Below are positions 28,873-38,532 of a DNA stretch of 64,000 nt, piece after piece. The translations under genes were made by a program, and so were the position numbers. The stretch covers positions 36,682 through 100,681 of the forward strand of contig JBAQNP010000039.1 of assembly GCA_049303905.1 (NCBI GenBank). The letters are read 5' to 3'. Source of the stretch: Candidatus Moraniibacteriota bacterium (GTDB taxonomy: Bacteria; Patescibacteriota; Minisyncoccia; Moranbacterales; UBA2206). Numbering within the stretch: the stretch's first letter is position 1; the number at the start of each line of letters is the position of its first letter. The notes below the pieces were generated by a model. The model was given only the letters and a program-made list of their open reading frames with translations, searched no databases and was not told where the DNA came from.

Positions 28873-30015
28873 ATGAAACAAAAAATACTGATTATTATCC
28901 ACCCTCATTTTACCCTTCCTGGAGGAGCGGGGAAAGTTATGCTGGAACTAGGCAAGCAACTCTCCAAAGAAATGCGCATTGTGATAATTGCGCAAAAAAT
29001 AAATCGGAATTATATCGATGAATATCCCGAACTTGAATTTGAGAGTATCAATGGACCAATTACTAGCAGTTTTTTCTTCTGGTTCCTTTTCCCTTGGTGG
29101 TACCAAAAAACTGCGAAAGCGATAGATTCGCTAAGGAAAAAAGGCGAAGTATCGATTCTTTGTAATGTTTTTCCGGCTAATTGGATCGGGCTTTTGTATA
29201 AATCTTTTCACAAAGAAATTCATTGCAGTTGGTTTTGTCATGAACCAAGCGCTTTTATTCATGTTAGAAAATGGCGAAACGCAATAGCCAATCCTATAAA
29301 AAAAGATTTAGCTAATTTTTTCTTCCCTCTTTTTTCAATAATCGACAAAAAATTGACCGGTCTCGCCGATGAAATTTTTGCCAATTCAAACTATTCTAAA
29401 GGGATAATTAAAAAATACTATCAAAGAGATTCGATTGTGATTTATCCCGGAATAAATCCTTTGTCTTATACTCCAATTCCATTTGAGCAAAAGAAAAACT
29501 ATATACTAACAGTAGGTAGACTCACAAAATTCAAAAATAATGATATGATAATCACCGCCCTATCAAAAATAGAAAACGATGAAATTTCACTTTACATCGT
29601 CGGCGACGGAGAAGAAAAAGAAAATTTGCAAAAGTTGGCAAAAAAACTTAACATAGAAAATAGGGTTAGAATTTTTGCCAATATTTCTGATCGTGAAATT
29701 ATTCAATTTTACGCCCAGGCAAAAATATTCATATTGGGCTCAAAAAATGAACCGTTCGGAATTGTGCCAATTGAAGCAATGTCATGCGGGACTGCGGTTA
29801 TTGTGGATAATTCAGGAGGACCAAGCGAAACTATTTTGAACGGAAAATCAGGAAGATGTATTGATTTTGAAGTTGAAAACCTCACAAAAACAATCAATGA
29901 ATTACTGCGCGATGAAAAAACCCTGGAAGAAATGTCTGTTTTTGCCAGAAAATATGCTCAAGAAAATTTCAGCTGGGAAAAATCAGCGGAAAAAATAAAA
30001 AGGAGTTTTCAATAA
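28873..30015 (+). CDS. GT4 family glycosyltransferase
   Basis: C-terminal EPFGIVPIEAMSCGTAVIVDNSGGPSETI...GRCI, typical GT4. Confidence 0.8.
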   Translation: MKQKILIIIHPHFTLPGGAGKVMLELGKQLSKEMRIVIIAQKINRNYIDEYPELEFESINGPITSSFFFWFLFPWWYQKTAKAIDSLRKKGEVSILCNVFPANWIGLLYKSFHKEIHCSWFCHEPSAFIHVRKWRNAIANPIKKDLANFFFPLFSIIDKKLTGLADEIFANSNYSKGIIKKYYQRDSIVIYPGINPLSYTPIPFEQKKNYILTVGRLTKFKNNDMIITALSKIENDEISLYIVGDGEEKENLQKLAKKLNIENRVRIFANISDREIIQFYAQAKIFILGSKNEPFGIVPIEAMSCGTAVIVDNSGGPSETILNGKSGRCIDFEVENLTKTINELLRDEKTLEEMSVFARKYAQENFSWEKSAEKIKRSFQ

Positions 30016-30020
30016 AATAT

Positions 30021-30809
30021 ATGAAACTATCAATAATTACTCCGAGCTATAATCAGGGAAAATTCATCAGAGACACTTTCAATAGCATCCTCAATCAGGA
30101 TATTAATTTTAAATTGGAATATATCTTGGTTGATGCAGTTTCAAAAGATGAAACATCAAAAATTGTTGAAGAATTTTCTCCGAAATTTAAGACTAGAGGA
30201 ATTGATTTTATCTATATTTGCGAAAAAGACAGCGGTCAATCTGATGCCATTAATAAAGGTTTCCGTTTAGCTACGGGAGATATTATAACTTATCTCAATT
30301 CGGATGATTTTTATGAACCGAATTCCCTGCAAGAAGTAATTGAATATTTTGACAATAATCCAAAAATAAAATGGGCCTACGGTGGATGGAATCTTGTCAC
30401 GAAAAATTCCATGATATTTCGTATTCTAAGCCCGCAAAAATATAGCAAGGATACTCTTTTGAACTATTGCAATATCGGACAACCTAGTTGCTTTTTTAGA
30501 AAAGAATTATTAAATGAAGTTGGTATGTTGGACGAAAATTTGCATCTAGCTATGGACTATGATCTATGGCTACGTTTTGCATCGAAATATGATGCTGGAA
30601 TTATAGGAAAAATCATTTCCAATATGCGCTATTACAGTGAAGCAAAAAGTTCCGCTAAAGCGACAGCTCAACTTCTAGAAACCTTACGGATTGGAAAAAA
30701 ACACACTAAATTATTTAGCTTTAGAAGATTTGCTCAATATTTTTTTTATCTGAGAGGGTTGATTGCTATTATGCTCAAGGTTTCAAAAATTCAAAGAAAT
30801 ATTTCATGA
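30021..30809 (+). CDS. GT2 family glycosyltransferase (paralog of 26810-27580)
   Basis: LSIITPSYNQGKFIRDT...GQSDAINKGFRLATGDIITYLNSDDFYEP. Confidence 0.8.
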   Translation: MKLSIITPSYNQGKFIRDTFNSILNQDINFKLEYILVDAVSKDETSKIVEEFSPKFKTRGIDFIYICEKDSGQSDAINKGFRLATGDIITYLNSDDFYEPNSLQEVIEYFDNNPKIKWAYGGWNLVTKNSMIFRILSPQKYSKDTLLNYCNIGQPSCFFRKELLNEVGMLDENLHLAMDYDLWLRFASKYDAGIIGKIISNMRYYSEAKSSAKATAQLLETLRIGKKHTKLFSFRRFAQYFFYLRGLIAIMLKVSKIQRNIS

Positions 30810-30832
30810 TGCTACTATTTTTTTTGCCTAAA

Positions 30833-31837
30833 TCAACTGCTTAGATAGAGCTTTTTCAGATATGCATTAACCCTGTTGGGCAAAAAAAGCCTAGTGAACA
30901 AAAAAAGTGATTCCCGAAAATCAAGCATGAGATTTCTTGGATATTTTCTACTGTAATAAAAAAATTCAAGCCAGGATTTCTTCTTTGAGCCATTTTCAAT
31001 ATAATAAAGTATTTTAAAATAGTGGGTTTTTCCCCGCATATATTTTATCGCTTTTTGCATTTTTTCATTACCCGCATACTCTTTTGCATAACTATCCAAA
31101 ATTATTTCCAGTTGATTGCAAACCTTAAATATGTCTGCTGAATTATTATTGGGATGTTTTCTATATTGCAAAAGAATTTCGTCGATATAATAAATTTCAT
31201 TTTTTGTTGAGACAAGAAAATTAAAATCCCAATCCGATGGTAGAAATATTTTTTCTTCAAGAGCAAAGCTTCTTGGATAACCCGAAATAGCTATAACATT
31301 TTTCCGTATCATTATCTGACTATAGGTAGAAAATGGTAAAAGCTTCGAATATAAATATTCGGCCGGTTGTATCATTTGGTTTCTGTAAGTAGAAATCCCA
31401 AGTTTTTTGTAATAATCGTGAATAAGAATGTTTCCTTTGGCACCAATAGCGCAGAAATTGCAATACACCATTCCTATTTTTGGATATTGCTCAAATATCC
31501 TCATCTTGCTTTTCAAATTTTCCGGATAAAAAACATCATCACCCTCCAAAAAAGCAATGTAATCCCCTTTTGAATTGTCAATCAAAAACTTCCAATTAGG
31601 AATAAGCCCTTTGTTTTCATTGTTACGAAAAGCTTTGATTCTGGAATCTTTTTTGGCCCACTCTTGAATAATGCTCCAGCTTCCATCCTTTGAACAATCG
31701 TCCACAATCAACATTTCCCAATTTTGATAGGTTTGATCCAAAACACCTTGAATGGTCTTTGCTATGAATTTTTCGTGATTATAGAAAGGAGTAATCACCG
31801 AAACAAGTGGTTTTTTTTCTGAGACTGTTTCTGACAT
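30833..31837 (-). CDS. GT2 family glycosyltransferase
   Basis: LVSVITPFYNHEKFIAKTIQGVLDQTYQNWEMLIVDDCSKDGS. Confidence 0.8.
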   Translation of the reverse strand: MSETVSEKKPLVSVITPFYNHEKFIAKTIQGVLDQTYQNWEMLIVDDCSKDGSWSIIQEWAKKDSRIKAFRNNENKGLIPNWKFLIDNSKGDYIAFLEGDDVFYPENLKSKMRIFEQYPKIGMVYCNFCAIGAKGNILIHDYYKKLGISTYRNQMIQPAEYLYSKLLPFSTYSQIMIRKNVIAISGYPRSFALEEKIFLPSDWDFNFLVSTKNEIYYIDEILLQYRKHPNNNSADIFKVCNQLEIILDSYAKEYAGNEKMQKAIKYMRGKTHYFKILYYIENGSKKKSWLEFFYYSRKYPRNLMLDFRESLFLFTRLFLPNRVNAYLKKLYLSS

Positions 31838-31978
31838 ACTAATATGTTTGATTTTACTATAACATGGCTATAACATGGTTTTGCTTTTTAGTTATTTTTA
31901 TAAATTAACTATACTATAATTTTATAAATAAAATTTAATACTTATATTAATACTTTGCGATATCCCATGAGCAATGAT

Positions 31979-32752
31979 TTATTTAATACCAACAAAATAA
32001 ACTCCGGCTGACATTATATATTGTTTGTTTTGTGGAATATATTGATTAAATTGGTTAAAATCAATAAGAAATTTATCTTCAAATTCTCTTTTAATTTTAT
32101 CATCACTTAGTAAATCGCGATAAGTTCTGAGAAGAATATTAAGAGTATACGAGGCTGTTTGATAACTTTCAACTCCGGCATCAATTTCCTTGAAACTCTT
32201 AAACACTTCTCTCAGGCCCTCCAAGGTCATGTTGAAATAATGATATGGGTCAGCATGAACGGGCTGCAAAAAAGCGGTATCAATTAAAACCTTTCCGCCA
32301 GGTTTCAAAACACGATAGATCTCTTTTGCATAATAGAATGGGTCCTTCACATGCTCAAATACAGACTCACTTATTACAAAATCAAAAATATCATCCCCGA
32401 AAGGTAAATTCCCTTCAGTTGAAACAATGTCCGTAGATTTGTAATGCACAAATTCCATTTTCAAAATATTATCAAAAAGTTCTTCCTTGGCTGGATTTCC
32501 TGCGCCGAAATCTAAAATTTTTGCATCTGGATTATTTTTTATTATCTCTAATGATTTTGATGAGTAAGGATTAGTGCTATTTGTTTCATTAAGTTTATTA
32601 ATATATATCGTTTCATCAGCCAGAAACACTGGAACATTTTCTTTGATCTGAAATTTATACCCACATTTTTGGCAATTTTCTTTTTTTAATTCAATCTTGT
32701 TGCGACACCTTGGGCAAGCTAGATTGTTCGCAATTAGTTCTATTTTGTTCAT
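31979..32752 (-). CDS. class I SAM-dependent methyltransferase with N-terminal zinc-ribbon
   Basis: CPRCRN...CQKCGY zinc ribbon; LDFGAGN (motif I) and LKPGGKVLI (post-I). Confidence 0.7.
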   Translation of the reverse strand: MNKIELIANNLACPRCRNKIELKKENCQKCGYKFQIKENVPVFLADETIYINKLNETNSTNPYSSKSLEIIKNNPDAKILDFGAGNPAKEELFDNILKMEFVHYKSTDIVSTEGNLPFGDDIFDFVISESVFEHVKDPFYYAKEIYRVLKPGGKVLIDTAFLQPVHADPYHYFNMTLEGLREVFKSFKEIDAGVESYQTASYTLNILLRTYRDLLSDDKIKREFEDKFLIDFNQFNQYIPQNKQYIMSAGVYFVGIK

Positions 32753-32759
32753 TTTTTTA

Positions 32760-34559
32760 TTATTTTAAATTTTTATACCATAATCTGTAAACCAATATAC
32801 TATATAATAATCGTCCACGATCCTCTTTTCCTGATAAATGATTGTCAATTAATATTTTGTAATAGTTATTATTAATTAGATCATTTTGAATAAAATCAGA
32901 GCTTTCTATTAATTTTTCTTTTAGTATTCCCCTTAACCATTCCGACATCGGCAAATTAAATCCTTGTTTTTTTCTAGAAAAAATTTCTTTTGGTAATAAA
33001 TCAACACAAGCCTCTCTCAATATATACTTACTCACACCTCCTTTCCATTTATATTTTTTTGGTAAATTATAACCATATTCAACTAGTTTTGAATCTAAAT
33101 ATGGAGCTCGTCCCTCAAGTGAAGCTGCCATCCCCATTCGATCATATTTTATGAGTAAGTCATCCACTAGCCAACTATAGATATCAGAGTGCTGAGCTTT
33201 TTTCATTCGATCTTTTATGCTTTGAGAATCCTTTATGAATCCTTTTTCATTAATACTTTTTTCAAAATCAATCTCATCTTCTCTAGCATTTTTTCCCATA
33301 AGTATCAATCGATCAAATTTATTTGTTATAAGCGGAAAACCACTTGTAGTCTGGCAAAGAATTTCATTTAAAAAAGATTTTTTATTGCTAAATAAACTTT
33401 TTATTATGTCTTTTAAATTATCATTTTTCACAAAAGGAGCATAATATTCATAACCACCAAAAACTTCGTCTGCACCCTCTCCGCCCAACACAACCGTTAC
33501 ATATTTCTTAGCTTCTCGAGAAAGCAATAGAACGGGCAGTAATGCTTGATCACCGATTGGTTCATCCATATATTTTACAACCTCGGGTAACATATTAACA
33601 ACATCTTTTTCTGTAAATACAAAGTGATGATGATCTGTTTTATAATGTTTCGCGACTGCCTTTGAAAAATTCGATTCATCAAATTTCGGATTTTCAAAAC
33701 CAATCGAAAAAGTCTTGAGATTTTTAGTATGTTTTGACATAATTCCCACCATTATCGAAGAATCTATTCCGCCACTCAGAAAAGCCCCCACAGGAACATC
33801 GGCAACCATGCGATCCCTGATACTTTTTTCAATATACATTCGAATATTTTTTTTAGCTTGGCTAAAAGAATCCTTTATTATCCTTTCATTTAATTTCCAA
33901 TATTTTTTCATATTAAATTCCAATGTTTCAATATCTAAAACTAAATAATGACCTGCTTTCAAACGAACAATGTCTTTCAAAATAGTTTTTTCCTCTGGAA
34001 CAAAATGCAAAGCTAAAAATTTATATAAGGATTCCGGCTCGATTTCTTTTGGTGTGTTTTTATCAACTAAAATCGCTCTTAATTCGGAAGAGAATATAAA
34101 TTTCTTACCATCCGTATGATAATAAAGCGGTTTTTCTCCGAATCTATCTCTTGCTATAAAAATCTTATTTTTTCGCTTATCATAAATTGCAAAAACAAAC
34201 ATTCCTTCAATTTTTTCAAGAAGACCGTCTATGCCCCATTCTTCGTATCCATGTACTAAAACCTCTGTATCTGATTTTGTTCCAAAAATATGACCACCTC
34301 TAAACAACTCCTCCCGCACATTCTTAAAATTATATATTTCACCATTAAAAAAAACGATGATATTTCCGTTTTCATTGTAAATTGGTTGATCTCCTCCAGA
34401 GATATCTATAATTTTTAATCTCCTCATCGCTAAAGCAATTTTATCTTCAACAAAAAAACCCGCGCTATCAGGACCGCGATGAAATATTTCATCATTCATT
34501 TTTTCTATTTCACTTTTTTCTATTTTATTCTTACTAACAATCCCAACTATTCCACACAT
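32760..34559 (-). CDS. asnB: asparagine synthase (glutamine-hydrolysing) family amidotransferase
   Basis: MCGIVGIV N-terminal nucleophile; SGGIDSS PP-loop; 599 aa. Confidence 0.9.
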   Translation of the reverse strand: MCGIVGIVSKNKIEKSEIEKMNDEIFHRGPDSAGFFVEDKIALAMRRLKIIDISGGDQPIYNENGNIIVFFNGEIYNFKNVREELFRGGHIFGTKSDTEVLVHGYEEWGIDGLLEKIEGMFVFAIYDKRKNKIFIARDRFGEKPLYYHTDGKKFIFSSELRAILVDKNTPKEIEPESLYKFLALHFVPEEKTILKDIVRLKAGHYLVLDIETLEFNMKKYWKLNERIIKDSFSQAKKNIRMYIEKSIRDRMVADVPVGAFLSGGIDSSIMVGIMSKHTKNLKTFSIGFENPKFDESNFSKAVAKHYKTDHHHFVFTEKDVVNMLPEVVKYMDEPIGDQALLPVLLLSREAKKYVTVVLGGEGADEVFGGYEYYAPFVKNDNLKDIIKSLFSNKKSFLNEILCQTTSGFPLITNKFDRLILMGKNAREDEIDFEKSINEKGFIKDSQSIKDRMKKAQHSDIYSWLVDDLLIKYDRMGMAASLEGRAPYLDSKLVEYGYNLPKKYKWKGGVSKYILREACVDLLPKEIFSRKKQGFNLPMSEWLRGILKEKLIESSDFIQNDLINNNYYKILIDNHLSGKEDRGRLLYSILVYRLWYKNLK

Positions 34560-35662
34560 ATATTTTTTATTAATGTTTCATATTTTTCTAACATAATTTC
34601 AAAAGAAAAATCTTTTTCCACTTTTTTTCTAGCATTATTAGCTAGTTCATTCGCATTGTTCTTATTCTCAAGCATCCATTTCATTTTTTGAAACAGTTCT
34701 GCCACATCCCCCGCCATTATTAAAATTCCTTCCTTTTTATTTTCTATTTGTTCAGAAATTCCATAAACATCAGTTGCGATTATTGGCAGATTAAATGCCA
34801 TCGCTTCTAGAACTACTCTTGGGAAAGATTCAATGTAGGAATTACAAACAAAAAAATCACTCATCAAAAAATATTCATATGCTCCAAGAGATTCCTTGAT
34901 GATTTTAATATTCTCAGCGTAACCACTCTCTTGAATTATTTCATTAATTCTTCTTTCATACAAACTGTCTCTCCCTCCAATGATAAGGAACTTGAGCTTT
35001 CTATTTCTTGTTTTATTAAGTAGTTTTATAGCAGCTTGAGTAAATTCTAATTGCCCTTTACGCAAGCATACTGCACCCACAATACAAAAAATTAAATCAG
35101 TATCTGCAATTCCATATTTTCTTCTCATGCCCTGCTTAGAATTTTTTTTAATAAAAGCGTTAATTTTCCCTAAATCAAGCCCATTATATATTGTCACAAA
35201 ATTATTTCTTTCCATATCTCCATATATTTCCATAGTACTTTTTGCAACAAAAACAACTCGAGCAACTTCCGAAAAAAATTCTTTTTTTAAATCAGCATAT
35301 TTATTGAAATATACCTCCCTCTCACTTTCCCTTATGCACCAAACTATTTTATTTTTTTCGACATTTAGATTTTTTATAAATTTATATCCGAGAATAGTGT
35401 TAACAAAAAAAACATCCACATCCATTAATAATTGTCTCGGGCAAGTTCTCGAAAAAAAATCAAAAACAGACACATCAACACCTTCATTTTTATAAAAGTC
35501 AGTAAGTGGTCCGTCTTGCGGAGATATTACACTCACTTCATAGCCCAACCTTTTAAAACCTTTGACCAAATAAAAAAGCGACCATGTTGCACCCTCTGGC
35601 TCCAAATTGTGTGAAACAAATAAAATTCTTTTAGTTTTCTTCTTTAATTCTAAATTGTTCAT
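34547..35662 (-). CDS. GT4 family glycosyltransferase
   Basis: RILFVSHNLEPEGATWSL...ESFPRVVLEAMAFNLPIIATDVYGISEQI. Confidence 0.8.
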   Translation of the reverse strand: MNNLELKKKTKRILFVSHNLEPEGATWSLFYLVKGFKRLGYEVSVISPQDGPLTDFYKNEGVDVSVFDFFSRTCPRQLLMDVDVFFVNTILGYKFIKNLNVEKNKIVWCIRESEREVYFNKYADLKKEFFSEVARVVFVAKSTMEIYGDMERNNFVTIYNGLDLGKINAFIKKNSKQGMRRKYGIADTDLIFCIVGAVCLRKGQLEFTQAAIKLLNKTRNRKLKFLIIGGRDSLYERRINEIIQESGYAENIKIIKESLGAYEYFLMSDFFVCNSYIESFPRVVLEAMAFNLPIIATDVYGISEQIENKKEGILIMAGDVAELFQKMKWMLENKNNANELANNARKKVEKDFSFEIMLEKYETLIKNICVE

Positions 35663-38528
35663 TACTTAGTGATAAATTTATATTATAATATGGATCGCTT
35701 TTAATATATTTTTTCCATGTATTTTTGAAATAATTTAGTTCATTTAAATTATCTCCAAATCCTCGCGTTTTTCCCTCGTGATGGTAAAGAATTGCGCTTG
35801 GATTATATACTATCCTACTTCCAATCTCCAAAATTTTCAAACAATAATCAACATCTCCATATGAAACTGCTAAATCTTTTTCATTAAATCCGTCAACTGT
35901 CTTAAAAAGACTTTTTTTAGTCAATAAACATGCGGCTGTAACAGCAGAATAATTCTTTAGAACAAGAGCATAACTTAAATACCCAGAATCGTTTCTATTC
36001 ATCAGCTTATGAGCATGTCCAGCAGAATTATCATTAAGTCCAAGCACAACACCAGCGTGCTGGATTCTATTATCAGCATAAATTAATTTTGCCCCTATAG
36101 CTCCAATTTTTTTATCCACCGAGATTGATCCGACCATTTCTAAAAGCCAATTTGAAGAGATAATTTCTGTATCATTATTAAGAAATAGAATAAGCTCTGA
36201 ATTTATTTTGTCAACCGCCAGATTATTTATTTTGGAAAAATTAAATTTATATGTTTTAATATCAATAACAGAAATTTTTTCATTTTTAAAATATTGAAAT
36301 GTTTCCTTTTCAATACTATTATTATTAATAACTAAAATCTCGTAATTGGAATAGTTCGTCTTTTCTTTTATACTGTCAATGCATCTTTTTAATAATGGGA
36401 TATTATCCTTTGTCGGAATAATAATTGTAACTTTTTCTTGATAATCTTTCGGGTTAAATTTAAGTTTATATACGCCAATTCGGGATTTTTCAGCAAAATC
36501 AGGAATTACTGCAGTTGCCTTAATGCCTCTGCGATCTAACGCTTCCTGAACCGCCACTTGTCCTAGTCTTATGCTTGCAGGTTTTTCAATAGTAGAATAC
36601 GCCACCGAACCAGGAATGCTTCGCCAATGATACAATATTTTTGGGATATGCCCAATTTTTTCAGTTACCTCAGCCAATCTAAGTAAAAAATCAAAATCTT
36701 GAGAACCATCAAATTCGCTTCTAAATCCTTTCAAATCTATAAATATTGATTTTCGCAAAAACTTAAAGTGACTTATATAACAATACGACAATAACAATTC
36801 CGGACTCCAATCAGGTTTAAATTGCGGATCATAACGAAAACCATTTTCATCAATTTTGTCATCATCGCTATATATCAAATCAAGCTCTTTATTTTTATTT
36901 AGCAATTTAATATTTTCATATAGAGCTTCTGGCTCCAGCTCATCATCATGATCGAGAAAAGCAATAAATTCTCCCGTTGCCATTTCCACACCTTTATTTG
37001 TCGCTCCAGATATACCCAAGTTATCATCTAAATACAGAACCTTAACTCTATGATCTCTATTTTTAAATTCGTTAAGAATTTTCTTGATTATTATTTTGTC
37101 AGATTTGTCATCAATAATACACAACTCCCAATTCTCATAATATTGATAAAGTACAGAAAATATTGCCTTTCTTAGAAAAATTTCATCCGTATTATAAACA
37201 GGCAAAATAATTGAGACTTTAGGTTTATAACTTAAATATTTTATTTCCTTTTCAATATTTCTATAATCAATTATTTTTTTCTCTCTTTCTATATTACTTA
37301 TCCATTTTTTATAAGGTATATCATTATTTTCAAAATCTTTCTTTTTTTCTAAAAATCCTTCCCCATAAAAAATGTAATTCCATATCCTCAGTGTTACATT
37401 TCTGAAGCCTTCTGTCCTAAATGAAATGACCGCTTGCTGATATAAAACTCTTATTTTTCTAAGAAATCCCAATACTCGATCAATCATTCTAAAAATCGGT
37501 TGAGGAATTTGTTTTTGAATATTGTTTATATAGAAACAATAGAAAAAATTGGGAATTCTCCATTGTAAAGATTTTTTGATCGCGTTAAGTTCGAAATGTT
37601 GCTGTTGCAATATATTCTCTTTATTTTCAAGTTCTTGATTTTTTATTCCTATTTCTTGATCTTTTTGTTGAATTTCTTGATCCTTTTGCTGAATAGATTG
37701 ATCTTTTCGCTGAATTTCTTGGTTCTTTTCTTGGATAATTTGATCTTTTTGCTGAATTTCTTGGTTCTTTAAATATTCTTTATACTTTTCATATAATGGA
37801 TTTATTCTTCCGTCATACAAAATTTTGTGCTTCAAAAAAATGTATTCATATACTCCCTCCACTCCTTTATCGTCTGCATATAATTTTTTATTCCTTGATT
37901 TTTTCCTAATTCTGTAAAAAAAATGAACTTTTGGAATTTGGTAAACAATATCATTTTCTTTTAAAAATGACAACCAAAAATCCCAATCCTCAAGACCATC
38001 TTTCATTTTTTCATCATAACCACTTGTGCTATCATAATCTAATCTTCTAAACATTGCTGTACAAAAAATCATATTTCCAAATAATATTTTTTCATAAGAA
38101 TATTCTGGAAGATTCCAAATACCCAAAGCATCTCCAAATAATTCAACCTTACAATATACTAACTTTATTTTTGGTTTGTTTTCTAAAATTCCTACCGCTT
38201 CCTGCAAATAATCTTTTGATATAAGATCATCTGAATCCAAAGGAAGAATATATTTACCACTACTATTTAATATGCCATTATTGCGGGCTACTGATGGTCC
38301 TTGATTTTCTTGTTTGATATATTCAAAACGCTTATCTTGATTGCAATATTTTTGAGCAATATCTTTTGTGTTATCAGTAGAACCATCGTCTATGATTATA
38401 CATTCCCAATTTTTATAATCCTGCTCCAAAACCGAATCTAAAGTTTCAGATAAAAAAATCGCCTGATTATAAGAAGGAATAATAACAGAAACTAATGGAT
38501 CATTATTTTTATCACTTATCTCAAACAT
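35631..38528 (-). CDS. multi-domain protein with three GT2 glycosyltransferase domains and a central Q/K/D/E heptad coiled-coil repeat
   Basis: Domain 1 VSVIIPSYNQ...IIIDDGSTDNT; domain 2 VSIILPVYNTDE...CIIDDKS; domain 3 VTIIIPTKDN...LVINNNS. Between domains 1 and 2 lies QEIQQKDQIIQEKNQEIQRKDQSIQQKDQEIQQKDQEI. Confidence 0.8.
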   Translation of the reverse strand: MFEISDKNNDPLVSVIIPSYNQAIFLSETLDSVLEQDYKNWECIIIDDGSTDNTKDIAQKYCNQDKRFEYIKQENQGPSVARNNGILNSSGKYILPLDSDDLISKDYLQEAVGILENKPKIKLVYCKVELFGDALGIWNLPEYSYEKILFGNMIFCTAMFRRLDYDSTSGYDEKMKDGLEDWDFWLSFLKENDIVYQIPKVHFFYRIRKKSRNKKLYADDKGVEGVYEYIFLKHKILYDGRINPLYEKYKEYLKNQEIQQKDQIIQEKNQEIQRKDQSIQQKDQEIQQKDQEIGIKNQELENKENILQQQHFELNAIKKSLQWRIPNFFYCFYINNIQKQIPQPIFRMIDRVLGFLRKIRVLYQQAVISFRTEGFRNVTLRIWNYIFYGEGFLEKKKDFENNDIPYKKWISNIEREKKIIDYRNIEKEIKYLSYKPKVSIILPVYNTDEIFLRKAIFSVLYQYYENWELCIIDDKSDKIIIKKILNEFKNRDHRVKVLYLDDNLGISGATNKGVEMATGEFIAFLDHDDELEPEALYENIKLLNKNKELDLIYSDDDKIDENGFRYDPQFKPDWSPELLLSYCYISHFKFLRKSIFIDLKGFRSEFDGSQDFDFLLRLAEVTEKIGHIPKILYHWRSIPGSVAYSTIEKPASIRLGQVAVQEALDRRGIKATAVIPDFAEKSRIGVYKLKFNPKDYQEKVTIIIPTKDNIPLLKRCIDSIKEKTNYSNYEILVINNNSIEKETFQYFKNEKISVIDIKTYKFNFSKINNLAVDKINSELILFLNNDTEIISSNWLLEMVGSISVDKKIGAIGAKLIYADNRIQHAGVVLGLNDNSAGHAHKLMNRNDSGYLSYALVLKNYSAVTAACLLTKKSLFKTVDGFNEKDLAVSYGDVDYCLKILEIGSRIVYNPSAILYHHEGKTRGFGDNLNELNYFKNTWKKYIKSDPYYNINLSLSNEQFRIKEEN
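37636..37770. repeat. 21-bp tandem DNA repeat encoding the QKDQEIQ coiled-coil heptads
   Basis: Plus strand carries repeated units ...TTGCTGAATTTCTTGATCCTT... with about 6 visible copies. Confidence 0.6.
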
Positions 38529-38532
38529 TGAT

